A stretch of DNA of 64,000 nt, from assembly GCA_951406725.2 (NCBI GenBank), contig OX597834.1:22072001-22136000 (forward strand), read 5' to 3'. The position numbers and the translations under genes are program-made. The DNA comes from Octopus vulgaris (Eukaryota). Below are positions 39,402 through 53,757 of the stretch, piece after piece (the first letter of the stretch is position 1; each line of letters begins with the position of its first letter). The notes below the pieces were generated by a model. That model searched no databases and was not told where the DNA came from. It saw only the letters and a list, made by a program, of their open reading frames with translations.

Positions 39402-39429
39402 TATACACATATATATATACACATATACA

Positions 39430-39463
<34 letters not shown>

Positions 39464-39634
39464 CATATATATATATACATATATATATACACATATATAT
39501 ATACACATATATATATATACATATATATATATACATATATATATATACATATATATATATATACACACATATATATATATATACACATATATATATATAC
39601 ATATATATACATACATACACACATACACACATCA

Positions 39635-39880
39635 CGTGACCAACCAGAATATCAGAAGTTGTTACACATTGCTTGTCACAATGCGCTTTGCATTGTTGTA
39701 GCTTTTTCAACAATGCCACCCTACCCCACTGGCCAGGTAAACAGGCCAGCATTCCCTGCTGATCAAAAGGGGGTTACTGGAGCAATGTGAAATGTGTTTT
39801 GCTCAAGAACACAAGATGCTGACTGGTCTGGGAATCGAACTCACATTGTGGCAATCATGAGTGCAACATCCTAACCACCA
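39635..39880 (-). mobile_element. Decayed tRNA-derived SINE (further family)
   Basis: Minus strand gtggttagg...gagttcgattcccag B box; tail shared with 2545-2650. Confidence 0.7.
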
Positions 39881-39918
39881 TCCATCTATCTGTCTATCTA
39901 TCAATCTATCTAACTATC

Positions 39919-39978
<60 letters not shown>

Positions 39979-39981
39979 GTA

Positions 39982-40303
39982 TGGAAGATGTTTATAAGCC
40001 ATTTAAAAACACACAAAAAACAGATTCACTTCAACATTTAAATTTAATCTGTGTCAAAATATTTTCAGCGCTTTGAAACCACAACCTGTTCATTGCAGCA
40101 TGAAGTTTTGTCAGTCAAGAGGTTGTGGTTTCGGTTTCAAAGCGACAAAAATATTTTGGCACAAATTAAATTTAAATGTTGAAGTGAATCTAACAGTTTC
40201 ATTGTGTGTTTTCTAAATGGCTTATAAACACCTTCCACGCTGCAATTGTTTTTGTTTCAGCACATGATCTCAGATCAAGTCACTTGCTATGCAAGTACAT
40301 CTC

Positions 40304-40305
<2 letters not shown>
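39982..40305. mobile_element. Fold-back element with ~110-bp imperfect arms between microsatellites
   Basis: 39982-40090 is the reverse complement of ~40120-40237. Confidence 0.65.
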
Positions 40306-40351
<46 letters not shown>

Positions 40352-42578
40352 TCACACACACACATGTACAGATAGAGAGGGAGAGAGATAAACATTAAGG
40401 CAGATAGATAGATAATAAAATGAGCCAAGAAAATTTTAATTAAGGTTATACCCATCTTGATGAGATGCAAACAAAAATCTTCATTACTTTATTGGCCAAT
40501 TTAAATAAGCAAAAATTAAATGTAGAATGGAGTGGGACCAGCGTCCCATCCAGCAGGGACTAGATACACTGCAAAAGCCAGAAAACCAGCCCAATGAGTT
40601 TATATGACTTGGGAAGGTGGTAAACCCTTTTTTCATCCATCTAAGGGGATCGACTCTGTAACCTTTTGTAGTTGCGAAACAAATTTCTTAAATGTTTGGC
40701 ATATTGCACCAGCTGATGCATTTTGATAGCAGGAGGCTTATGTATAGCCACTTAGACTGCTTGAAACAACAGCCAAATCTCACTGCCTTGAATTACATCC
40801 TTTCTCTTAATAAATAAGGAAGGAACAGGCATATTTCACCAGTTAGGATCTTTGATTGCTATGAAGACAGAACAGGGAGTGGGGTGTAAATGAAATCCCT
40901 TTGAGTGTAAATTCACTCTGTCAGGGCCAAGATAGACATACACAACAACAACAAGGTATATCTACATGTGTGACCACCCCCACTCCTTGGACTTTGTTTC
41001 CTCATAACTTCCAGAAATAGGGGTATAGTTGTAATCTGCACTGTCTGGAAAGTATTTGTAGAAAATTTCATTGGAAAATATCCATTTTTCTGTAAGTTAT
41101 AGAGAGACTAAGTCAGAGGCAGGATGCACACATCTGTAGTTGTGTGTAACAAAAATAGGATAAAATAGTCAAGAAACTAGATTGGCCATTGCTTCCATTT
41201 TCACTGCCAACACTGTTCACGTCACCATAAATACACTTGTAGCTTCCATTTTTTACTCTATTCACTTATTCTCATTTTCCTTGATTTTTTTTTTTTTCTC
41301 ACATAAAACTCAAGTAAAAGCACTTAATTTGTGTGGTTGTGTCTGTGTGAATATATATGCAGATATATGTATGTATATAGGCATAAATACACTTTGGTGC
41401 CCCAAACTGGCTTTGCTCCCTCAGAATTTTCTGAAAATGTTTGCAGAGATATATTTTCAAGGGTGCAGAACACTACAAATCGATTGATAAAGTTCAGAAA
41501 AACAATTTTTGAAGCATCTACATTTTTCCTATTTGTATTTTTTCAAGATCCTATTTCTGCAAAATGCCACTTAAAAATATGCATTTTAAACAGCTCTATG
41601 GACACAAAAGTCATGAGAAAAAGGGGCAGAGAATGATCCCAAAACTCCTCCCCCTAAAAATATATCTTTCAGATTTGACCAACATAATCCAAATCTATCC
41701 TCTCAACAATATATCTCTGCAAAATTTCTTAATAACTTTTTGGTTTACAAATTGGGGGCAAACCAGTAAGTTTGGTGGAGCCTCAAACTGTAGGTATGCC
41801 TATATATATATAATTGTTTACATATTTATGTATGCATATATGTATGCACGTATGTATGTATGTATGTATGTAAGTATGTATGTAAGTTCACAATCTTGGA
41901 GTTCATCTTAGCTTTCCGTGTTGCAGCTGGTTCACGCATATATATTTATTTTTTTAATTACCATTATACATCAAGCTACATTAATTAAACATTCATTTTA
42001 TTTTCATTTTCCGGTGCATTTTTATTATTTTATTTTTTCTTTCACCCTTTTTTTTTTCATTATTATCACACAGCTTCTTGGTCAGTTTAGTGTGTCATCC
42101 AAATGCTACTCTTTTCTTTTTCAAGAAATTGCACAGCTAATTACCATCACAATAATATCACACCTTATTTATTTCATATATATATATATAACAATTTTTG
42201 GTTTGTTTGTATTTGGTTGTGGGACAGTGGCAAATGTAATGGCATTTGTAGTGGTGGTCATGGATTGGATTTTAATTTGGTTTCATTTTTTTTTTATATA
42301 TTTGTTTCATTACCTGTTGCATTCATTATATATTATTATAATCATCATCTTCTGTTCAGCTACTGTGAGTTTTATTTAATCAAAAACATCTTTTTATTAT
42401 ATATATAAATATATATTTATATTTCAAAGTTGTGTACATGCTGGTATTGCATGAATATGTGTGATTACATAAATTTATACATACATATGTGTGTGTGTGT
42501 GTGTGTGTATGTATATGTATGTATATAATCATGTGTGCATGTATACATGCATGTGTGTGTATAGATATGGATGTATGT

Positions 42579-42633
<55 letters not shown>

Positions 42634-42691
42634 CATATATATATATGTATGTATATATGTGTATACATATGTATGTATAGATATGTGTGTG

Positions 42692-42736
<45 letters not shown>

Positions 42737-42751
42737 CGATATGTATATGTG

Positions 42752-42796
<45 letters not shown>

Positions 42797-42949
42797 CGAT
42801 ATGTATATGTGCCTATATATAACTATATACATATCTATGAATGTATAGATATGTATGTATATATACATATATATATGTATGTATACACATATGATCAATC
42901 AGAATCTAAAGAGACTGGTGTTGGCCTTCATCAGCAAGATTTATTTAAT

Positions 42950-43285
42950 ATCAATAAAAAGAATGGAAAACCCAGTGTTTCAGACAGAAGTCTTCTTCGT
43001 AGATGAGTTTGCAGGAGAGAAATTTATGAGAGACAATAGAGTTTTACATTCTCAGTGTCATAAAAACTGGCAGCAACTGGCAAAAAGTGCAGAACCTGTC
43101 TACATATGACACTTCCACAATCTCATGTTCCTCATCAGTTGCAGCCAATTTTTGTTTTAACTAAGAAGATGTAAAACCCTGCTGTCTCTCATTAGTTTCT
43201 CTCCTTTCAACTTTTCACTCTAGGACTGTGTCTGAAATGTTGGATTTCCCATTTTCCACAAGATCACTATACTCTTTTTGTTGAA
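42950..43285. mobile_element. Old fold-back element with ~120-bp arms
   Basis: aggagagaaatttatgagagacaatagagttttaca (from 43013) pairs with tgtaaaaccctgctgtctctcattagtttctctcct (to 43205); similarity extends outward and inward. Confidence 0.65.
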
Positions 43286-43497
43286 TTTTCTTTATGTGTA
43301 TGTGTGTATATATATATATATACATACACACATACATATGTGTCTACATGTCCCCAGGATCATTTAGAATAGAAAATGGTCCTTTGTTCTCATTCAGCAT
43401 ATTGGCATTTGTAATACCAAATTAATGTTCTCTCCTAGCTTATCTTATTATAATGTTAGCTCCACTCTGTTTCAATGCATATTAATATGCATGCATG

Positions 43498-43533
<36 letters not shown>

Positions 43534-45422
43534 TATACATATGTATGTTCACATGTACATTTGCATAGGCATTCACAGTTTCATATTTCTTCTTCTCATT
43601 ATATGCATATCACTTGAGTATTTTCATTGTTCTTTATATGTTCGTGTACATTTATATAAATATATATGCATCAGTGCATGATCAAAGGATTATGTATTTT
43701 CCAACAGTTGGTATTTTATTATTATACTCTCTCTCTCGTTCTCTCTCTCTCTCTCTTTCTCTGTCTCTTTCTCTCCCTCCTACTCTCTCCAATTATTAAA
43801 ATAACTTAATATCAAGCTTAGAACAACACTATTTCTTCTGATTCGTCTGTCTCTTGTATTCTAAAATCTCTTTCTCTCTACACACATTCAGACATCCTCT
43901 ACACACGCACACACACTCCTCAAACGTACGCACACATGCACATCACTCAAACACAATCTCACTCACATACAATCTCACTCACATACAGGTATACTTAAGT
44001 ACATAGATACATATCTATAAATGTATGTAAATACACATACATTCACATGTGTACACACAAACTAATGGAGAAAATGTCCAAAAGAAAGTGTCAAACCAAA
44101 ACTCCCTAGGCCCCAGGGATTGTTCATTTTTTTGTGTAAAAGGCATTGAGCATCTCTTAACCCTACCCAAATACATGTTGACTACAAACATGGAAGTTTT
44201 ATTCAAAATCAGTGAAGAACACAATAGAAAGAAATGAACCTTTATACTCAGGTGCTTTTGGAACCTAAAACTTCAGTACCTACATTACTTATGTGTTTTG
44301 ATAATTCAAAAAGGCCTGATGAAATGACCTGGTTATTTTGATCCATTATGTAATCTATTAATAAACATAAATAGTCATTATCATGGAAACATATTTAGCA
44401 TAATTGAAAAATCAACTCCATTCTTAATGATTTATTATTATTTTATTTATATCTTATTAAATGACAAGGGAACAAGAATCATGTAATTAATTTCATTAGC
44501 TTTCAGCTATTTTTGTTTAAGAAACATAAGCACTCAGCTCCAAATGCAATGCTACCTATAACAGAAACAGCTGTAAGCAAACGATGTTGATTATGTAATT
44601 CCTGTTTCCTTGTCTTTTAATAATTAATATTATGCTCTGTATTCACCTGAAGCATATGTTTATTGAGTTCTAACAATTGGTTTTTAGTATTGCTATGTGT
44701 AAGCAAAATCATACAGTATTCATATTTTTATATTTATAACCTTAATCATTTTTTTTTGGTACACTTGGTGTTCATTATTTAGTGTTAAGGTAGGTTTTTT
44801 TTTTTAAAGATAAAAATTTTTCAAGCAGAGAAAGAATTTGTATTCTTCAAATTTGATTTGTTTAAGAGGAACAATGAAATCTAAGCGAAGACTTTACGGA
44901 TCTTCAAACCTGCAACAATTATACTCCTATGGTTATCTATATTCTCGTGCAATTCAATTAATGGAACTGCTCTTTGTGCCCAAAATGTATGGAGGAGGAA
45001 AAGGAAGAAGAGGGTGAAACAAGCAAACAAATATTTGTGTATATTTTTTCTTTTGATTTTTATTTTGTTTTTTTTATTGATACATATATACACACATGTA
45101 GTATCATATATTTAGTCTCATAACAGTCAGTTCATGTTACCGAATGGTTTCATGTTAAAGAACCTTACTAACTGTGGAAAGGTAAATTAACAATCATCAA
45201 TCATGGCCAAATGAATGAGTAGAGTTTCAGCTCTTTTTTTTTTTCTTTTTAACTGGAGGTGTGAAAACACTATATCCAGTTTCAGAGGTATTATAAAAAT
45301 AAAAAAAAACTGTAGAAAAAATAATGGCTGGTTTTGTTCTGGTTTTCTCTTTTCTTAACAGTATCTTTGAGAAGTGTAAACTGCGTGTGGTGTTTTAAAA
45401 TCTCCAATAAAAATGAGCTTAA

Positions 45423-45641
45423 CCCTTTAGTGTTCAAATTATTCTATCAAACATAATGCTTATTGATTCACATTGATTTGAATTAATCATGCATTATCTC
45501 ATATCATCAAGATCTTGATGGTGTTATTAATTAATATAGAATAACATTGTAGGGTAGGTGTGAGAGCCTGGATCTGGTCAGTTTGAACATAAAACAGATT
45601 AACTATTTTGGCCGGATATGGCCGGTTTAAATACTAAAGGG
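45423..45641. mobile_element. piggyBac-type MITE
   Basis: TTAA|CCCTTTAG...CTAAAGGG|TTAA. Confidence 0.85.
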
Positions 45642-46132
45642 TTAAACTATACTTCATTCAGCTATGTCTGATAGCTGTTATTTGACACTTCCACACTTTG
45701 AAAGTTGTTTAACTCAAAACCATTTGAATTAGCTGTTATAAGACTAAATTTATATAGTAGCATATAAATTATATACTCACTGTATTAACCAATACGGTGC
45801 CTGAATTTCTTTCTGGATTCCTAAAAACTTAACGAACAACTATATATTTATAATAGTTACATCAGTAAACTTTTTTTTTTTTTTGGCATTCTGTATGCGA
45901 AGATTGTATTTTGGCATATATGGTAATATAACTTTTAAAGTTCAAAAATGTTTACATCACCAAAATTTCTGAAAAACATATTTAAATTCAATTACATATA
46001 GCATTTTAATTATCTAAATTTTTCATCTCATAGTTTTTATTTTTGTTTACAGTTGTCTTGGTATATGTCAACATAAAATTTTTGCAGCTTAGAAAACCTG
46101 CAGATTTGTTTCTCTTTTTTAAGAGTCATTTT

Positions 46133-46180
<48 letters not shown>

Positions 46181-46329
46181 TATGTTTTAAGATCCATCTT
46201 TGATGGTGATGGAAGGAAGGTTTAGCAGATTCATTGTCACCAATATAGTTGTTATTGTTGTTATATTAGTTGCCGTGTGGTGCACCCATTCACACCAAAT
46301 TGTTTTTGTAGCAGGAATTATTCTTTTAA

Positions 46330-46551
46330 CCCTTTTAGCAGTCAGATTATTCCGTCAAATGCAATGCGTGCTTATTCACATTGTTTTGAATTAATCATGC
46401 GTTATCTCGTAGCTTTGAGGTTTTGATAATGTGATTCCTTATTTTTAGTATGGCATTGTTGGGTAGGTGCGTGAGGCCAGATATGGCCAGTCTGATCATA
46501 AAACTGGTAGAATATTTGGGCCAGATATGGGCTGGTTTAAATGCTAAAGGG
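46330..46551. mobile_element. piggyBac-type MITE of the same family (third, decayed copy at ~47128-47341)
   Basis: TTAA TSD, CCC...GGG ends, internal similarity to 45423-45641. Confidence 0.85.
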
Positions 46552-46579
46552 TTAAAGAGTTACACATGTAGTATATGTA

Positions 46580-47046
46580 TGTAGTGATGCTACTGTGTAA
46601 GTTTCAGCACACATGCGCAGAATTGGATTACTTCCGGTTGGCCACCGGAAGTTTTCCTCATGCGCATGTGCAGGAACTGGAACCTAAAAGCCTGACCGCT
46701 GAATTGGTCTTTCTGGCATGAGCAGCACTAGCGGTCAGACGTGGCTTGACTTTCTCTCGGGGAACAACCCTACACTCAGAGAACCTCACCCCAATGAAGC
46801 GGGAGCGAACCGACAAATCGTCTTGATTTGCACGAGAAAGCATCGCAACCAGTCCTGCGGATTCGGCTGCCGGTTTCCCTACTTGATATACACGTGCACT
46901 AGTTCTTACCTGTAACCGCAGAATAAACTACCACTTACTGTTATCGAAGACTGCCTGACTTTGTCTCCGTTTATTCAACTTAAATTGTATGTGACAGGAT
47001 CAGATCGGACACCCCTCCGGTGTTCCTGAACTCTCATCCTGTTACA
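46580..47046 (+). mobile_element. Solo LTR, probably Ty3/Gypsy-type
   Basis: TGTA...TACA termini, 4-bp TSD TGTA (46576-46579, 47047-47050), AATAAA 46922-46927, CpG-rich relative to flanks, no second LTR in the window. Confidence 0.7.
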
Positions 47047-49251
47047 TGTAGTAGTATATCCAAGTTAATGGTTTGCAGTGGTGATGGTACAAATGGATTC
47101 TTTTCCAGGGTGGCTACAGCTTGTCTGTTCAGCATTCAGATTACCTTGTCAAATGTAATCCTTATTCAAATTGTTTTGAATTAATCATGCATCATCTTGT
47201 AGCTTTCAGATTTTGATGATGTGATTCTATATTTTTAGAACGACATTGTTGGATAGGTGTGAGAGGCCAGATCTGGATGGTTTGAACACAAAACAGGTAG
47301 AATATTTGGGTCAGGTATGGCTGGTTTAAATGCTAAAAGGTCTATCAGCAAAGGGTGTGTGTGTCTATATTTGTGTGCATGTGTGTGTGAATAAATGGGT
47401 GTGTGTTCATGTGAGGCGGGGGGCTAACTGTAGGCACATGGGTTAATGTCAGATAATGGCATATGGGGTGAATGTCTTTTATCAGAGCCGCAGGTCTTGG
47501 GAATGGAATTTGGTTGATGGAAACCCCACAGTCTGTCTTGCATGTGTGTGTCTGTCAATGTTTCTGGTTCTATGCTCGACATGCGACCACCTGCGGAAAC
47601 AAAACAGGTGTTGTGTCTAAAAATAAAAGAAATGGTGTCTTAACCCAATCGATAGAATATAGATAGATAAGATCAATACCTGATTGAATAAAGTATTACT
47701 TATGACTGACTCATTTAACTTTCATCTTCTCTCCTTTGTTTTTCTCATTTCAACTAAGTCTTTAATATTCATAATTGGCACCCCTTAATCTCTTCTGAAG
47801 TAAAAAAGGATTTAAATGGTCATGAATGAAAATTCCTTGAGTTATAGAGTTTCTCAAACAAAGCTGACCTGAAACTAAACAGCAACATCCATTAATGCAC
47901 TACTACCACTACTACTACTGCTGCTGCTGCTGCTGATAATGATCATATAACAACATTGGTATATCTAACTTACTATCAAACAATATCCTCTGAATTGTTT
48001 ATCATTATGTGCTCTTTGGGGAGGCTTATATAGAGATAACGGGTTGGGAAGTTTTATATTTAACCATAATTAACCTTCAGAGTTAAGAATTTAAGCTGGA
48101 CTTTAAAAAATTATTTTATAATCCATCAACATTTTAATTTGTCATCATGGACATGGCATTTAATTAAATTTTATATTTCCGTTTTTTTTTTTTATTACAT
48201 TTTTTACTTTTTCTTCTACTTCTAACTTTGAACCTTTTTAAGCCCCCTGATCACGAGATATCTCATAACTAAATGACTTAAATTACCCTTTTAAGACAAG
48301 CCTACTAGATGCTTTCGTTAGGTATATTTTTGTTTTTGTTTTTAATATAAACTTTCTGTTTTAAAATATTTGTATTTAAATGAAAAGCTTTCCATCTTAA
48401 TTTCAATTGAGCCCTTTTTTTTACGTTCATTAAGAAACATTTCTGACACCAGTTTAATAATAATATTAAATTGTTTTACTAAATTAGTCTAAATTCTTAA
48501 TTAATTTCAAAATTAATTGAAACATGGACAGTGCATTTTATTGGAAACTTGGTCACGAAAGAGTGAAAGGGTTAATTACATTATTTAGAATATTTTGTAT
48601 GTTTATGTTTGACCCTTTTTATATTAGCTATTTGCATAATATTACTGAAAAAATTGTGTGTGGGTAAGTGGACGTTTTGATGTGTGTTTGTGTGTGTGTG
48701 TGTATGCAGTCATGAGCCTACAAAGAACCTTCTGTGTGATACTTTACCTGCAAGAAATAACAGTCAAGCCTTTCTCATATTAAGTACAGTTGTCTTAACA
48801 AAATAAAGTGAAGGATGTTTTGGATAATGTACTTCAAGCTGCACAATGCCTGAAAAATATGAAGGAGCGATCACTGATTGAACACCTTCAAGGCCCTCTG
48901 AATTATGAATGATTTGGGGGCTAAACAACAAGGATTGAATAACGTAGTCTTAGATTGATTGTGCCTGAATAAAAAAAGATGAAATGGGCACAGTCAGAAC
49001 ACACTATTTGCTCATGGCTCTGCTGGACCAGAAATGGCTTTGATTTAAACATTTATGTCCCATTGGATTGTGTAGTCCTAAATATGCTATGACTGAAAAG
49101 ACGGATCACTGTTGGGACATATTTAACCTTTAGCACACTGAAGGCAAATCTTGTTGTCATTTGAGTTTTCTCCCCTCTCAATGCGACACAATGCTTCTGC
49201 AGCTACTGGGGAGAAAACTCATACAGTGACAGGATTTGCCTTCATCTAGGG

Positions 49252-49452
49252 CAGTGGTTTTCAACCAGGGTTCCGCCAGTACAGTCCAGGGGTTCCGCAA
49301 GAAGTTACAAAAATGCTAAAATCGACAGTAATTTTTAATTCTCCTGTGCAGATATGTGTGCATAAGACAATTAAATTATTGCACAGGAATTCCTCGAGCC
49401 AGTGGAATGTTTCCTTGGGGTTCCGCTCCAGCAAAAAGTTTGAAAAGCACTG
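49252..49452. mobile_element. hAT (Charlie-like) MITE
   Basis: CAGTGGTTTTCAA / TTGAAAAGCACTG TIRs; perfect 8-bp TSD ATCTAGGG at 49244-49251 and 49453-49460. Abuts a palindromic TTAA-type MITE (49122-49244; sister copy ~59730-59865). Confidence 0.9.
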
Positions 49453-50380
49453 ATCTAGGGTATCTATGGTGGTGTCTGTGGCGGTACTCATGGTTGGGAA
49501 ACAGTATTTTTTATATCACATCATTCAACAGAAAAACAAAAAAAAGCACACCTGAGAAGCCACTTACCTGACTGAATGAGTGTGTGTGTTCATAAACAAG
49601 AGGCAAATGTGTTGGTGTCTGTGGCGGTGGTCGTGGTTAGGAAGCAGTATCCTTTATATCACATCATTCAACAGAAATTCCAGAACATCAGTTTATGTAA
49701 ATTATTTATGTTTCAATATTTCTTCCTGGCATTTTTATCTCGTCAGCCAAATCTATTGATACGCAAACGCTAGCGGAAGAACCGTTTTTATTTATTTATT
49801 ATTCCACAGGTGAATTATGTTGTTTCCTGTCTTGAAGTCTTAAAAGTTAAGCTTAAAAATATTATGTCGGCAGCGTTTGAATTTTGTTATGTAGCAGCTG
49901 TTAAAATATATATTAGTTTTTATTGATATTTTTATTTTCATTTCCGAACTTTTGCTGTTAGGAAGGGAAAAAAAAGAGAGAATTTTTTTTTTTTTAATCA
50001 TTGTTAACATAAACAAGCTTTCATTTTAAGTCTGTTTATATGCATGTGTGTGTGTCTGAATGTGTTTGAATATATATGTGTATGTGTATGTGTTTTGTTC
50101 TCCAATATAAAATCGTTCCTGAAAGAATGTGGTTTATCCTCATGTTTGTATTCCAGAGTTTAGGTTAATAGCGTTTTTATTACGGCAATGAATGGCCGAA
50201 CCAGCAGAGCATTGGAGAAAATAATCAGGGGAGAGTGTCAGGCAAATAAGATAATCGGTAGAGCATTGGGATAAAATTAATTAATCAATTGGAAGTCAGA
50301 CAAACGAAGTAATTAGTTCAAATCCTGTCTCAGCTGATTTACTTTTCATCCTTCCAAAATCAGTAAAACAAAATAAAGGG

Positions 50381-50713
50381 TAAAGACCCCCTTCGGTCAT
50401 GAATGACCATGGGATTGCACCTAGAAAGTTACCCTCCTAGACACAAGTCCGGGCAAGGTTGTTTATGGAAGACCAGCAGTCGCCCATGCATACCAGCCTC
50501 CCCTCTCTACGCCACCAGTGTTATCCAAGGGAAAGACAAAGGTCGATACAGCTTGGCACCAGTGACGTCGCAACTCATTTCTACAGCTGAGTGAACTGGA
50601 GCAACGTGAAATAAAGTGCCTTGCTCAAGAACACAACATGCAGCCCGGTCTGGGATTCGAGCTCACAACCTCACGATCGTAAGCTCGACGCTCTAACCAC
50701 TGAGCCATGTGCC
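50381..50713 (-). mobile_element. tRNA-derived SINE (further family), full length
   Basis: Minus head ggcacatggctcagtggttagagcg...gagctcgaatccc; central 'ttgagcaaggcacttt..gctccagt.cactcagctg' block shared with 9020-9250 and 27085-27290. Confidence 0.8.
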
Positions 50714-51530
50714 AAATGGCTCAGTAAAACAAAATAGGGGGTGCATAAATGGTGAGATTGTGAGAGGAGGAAAGAGGTGGATAGACATGCTAAGCAAAGG
50801 TGGCACCACCAGCATGGTCGTAGTGAAATTATAGAGAATCAGAAATTTTAAAAAATGAAGGAATATTAGTCTTTGATGTCAGTGTTACTATTAGTTGTTG
50901 CTTAATTCTATCATTTAAGCCTCGTCTCTGTCTTTGTTTTAAACACTTTGTTAAAAGATTGTTAATGGTTTCTCTTTATGAGAATTCACCATTTTTATCA
51001 CTGCTCTTATAACCATTATCATCATCATCATCGTCATTATCATTGTCATCACCTCTACATTCATTTCCCCGTGGCAGCATTATTTGGAGCTAAAAGACAC
51101 ATTTGCAATATTTTTATACATGCATATATTATACAAGTGAGTTGGTATTTTACAGAAAATAAAGGAAATCTTGAAAGCAGCATAGCCGTGGAAACAGCTT
51201 ACAAAATTGGTTAAATACTCTTAGAAAACAGAAATAAGTGACCAGCAGCTGCTACCTAGAACTGAATCCTATATCTCTCAAATTCTGGCTGACCTCTCTA
51301 AGCTAAGTAACACCTGACAACAGATACCATCTTTTATAACCCTTTTTTTTTTTGTTTTATAAATAATAACCACAATTTAAGAGGTACAAGGTTTGATTCT
51401 TTGAAACGTCTTGCTGGCCATTATTTATTTTTTTCAGTCTTCTAAGGGTATTTACCTGATCTAAGCTGTTTTCACAGCTATTCTGCTTTCAAGATTTCCG
51501 TTATTTTCTGTAATATATATATATTTATAT

Positions 51531-51705
51531 ATATTTAACAGAAGCAACAGAGTGACTCAAAATCCAAGAGTTTCGTGTGTTGGCACTTATCAAACTAGAA
51601 ATGCTCAGACCTTGAGTCAATCTGTTGCTTCTGCTAAATATTAATAGAAATATACATATACTCATAGTTGGAGTTCCATTTTTCTTGTTTGCACCAAGAT
51701 ACCTG
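51531..51705. mobile_element. Fold-back element with a 30-bp inverted repeat around a degenerate hammerhead-like spacer
   Basis: Arms 51531-51560 and 51612-51641 (2 mismatches); minus spacer TTGATAA-GTG ccaaca CAC-GAAAC; TA-rich tracts on both sides. Confidence 0.55.
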
Positions 51706-52667
51706 TATATGTATGTATATATATATATATATATATATACATACATACATTCATATTTCAGCCCTTCGTCATTTCATCTTTTGAGGAGGCCTTAACGTTC
51801 TCAACAAAGATTTTTATGTTGCTGCTTTCATCCAAAGCTGTCTTTGCCTACCACCACGATCATCGTTAGCTTTACCTGCCTTCCTAACACCTCCAACTCA
51901 TGTGGCGCTATCTCAACACTGCATGCATCATCCATTCACATGCGTCCTCATTAGTACATGTTCGCTGGCTCTCAAGCACACTTTGGCCTAATGCCTGCCA
52001 TATATCCAGTTGCTTTTTCATTCCACCTACACCCAACTAGTTTCAGAAATTACACTGCGCATTCAACCAGCACATCACACTCGTCTCATCTCATGCACTC
52101 TTTCTCTCTCTCTGTCTCTAATCGCTGCACTTTCTCATCAGTCATTTCACTTTCACTCATAAAACACAAATCATTATACTCATCTTCACACTTTATATTC
52201 ATCTTTTCTGACTCTAAAAGAACAACTAATATTTACTACTTGAGAAAACTCAAAAACTTCTTTGAAATACATAATTTTTTTCTCAGCAGTAGTAAAAATT
52301 CTTTCATACTGCCATCTTCAATATGACTCAACACAAAACATCATGCATTTTCCATTTTCTCTTCATTACTCATATTTCCTTTCCTCTCTTCTTTTGTTCT
52401 TCTCTTCTTCTAACTCTCCATGCTTCTGAAGAAGAGCTTCAACTCAAAATGTCAAGAACACTTTTGCTTTCTTTAATCTCTCATTGAGTATCCTTCTAAT
52501 AATTGCTCTTTATTTTTCACTTTTTTCCTTCATTGTTATATTGTTATTGTCATTCTCATCATTAACTATGAACATACACATGTATGTATGTATGTTACAT
52601 ATATTTGCATCCACATATTTATATATACTTGCTTATGTATGTGTGTGTGTGCATATATTTCTATATC

Positions 52668-52706
<39 letters not shown>

Positions 52707-53168
52707 CTTTTCCATCAATATCCTGTGTTTCAAACTATTCATTCTATCTCTCATTTTCTCACTCATTCCCTCTCATTCTCTCTCTCTCTCTCTCTTCAAA
52801 TTATCATTGAATTGTTGTTAAACCTCATCCCTTTTTTTCTCCCTCCCATTTCATTGTGTTCATAAAATGTTACAGGGGCCTCCCTCCTGCCACCTTGCAT
52901 TACAGAAGCATTAAGTTGAGACATTTTGTTGCAACATGCAATTCTGTAATGTAAAACCTGTTTCTCACGATGGAATCACGCATTACAGCATGATTTTTGT
53001 GAATGAAACTTTTCTAATGTCGGGGGAAAAGATGCCTCTTCTCACATTTCCCTCTTATCATCGCTTTTGTCTGAGTCGTCTCAGTGCAAATGTTTGTCAT
53101 TTTGCATGTGTTGATATACATTTATATGTATATAAAATTGTATATTCATATATCTATCTATATATATG

Positions 53169-53215
<47 letters not shown>

Positions 53216-53222
53216 GCACATA

Positions 53223-53288
<66 letters not shown>

Positions 53289-53417
53289 TATATATGTGCA
53301 TATATATATGTGTGTGTATATGTATATACATAATATATATGTGAATATATATATATATGCAAATGCATATATATATGTATATACATATATATATGTGAAT
53401 ATATATATATATGCAAA

Positions 53418-53466
<49 letters not shown>

Positions 53467-53757
53467 ATGTATGTGTGCTTGTTTAATAAGGTATACTTCA
53501 ATATGTATTTTATTTGTTGTTGTTGTTGTTATCATATATCTTTAAGCTCATTCTGTATGCCATTAGAAATCATGAAAATTATATTGGTAATTCCACCCCC
53601 ACCCCACCCCCCAGTTCCTAATTATTTAAAAAAAATTAATTTATCCTAAAAAGTTTTTAATTCTAAAAGCTTTTGTCCTAAAATGAAATAGAACTGAAAT
53701 GAATTTTAAATTGTAAATATTTAAACATTTCACATGAATTTGTCAATAATAATAATA

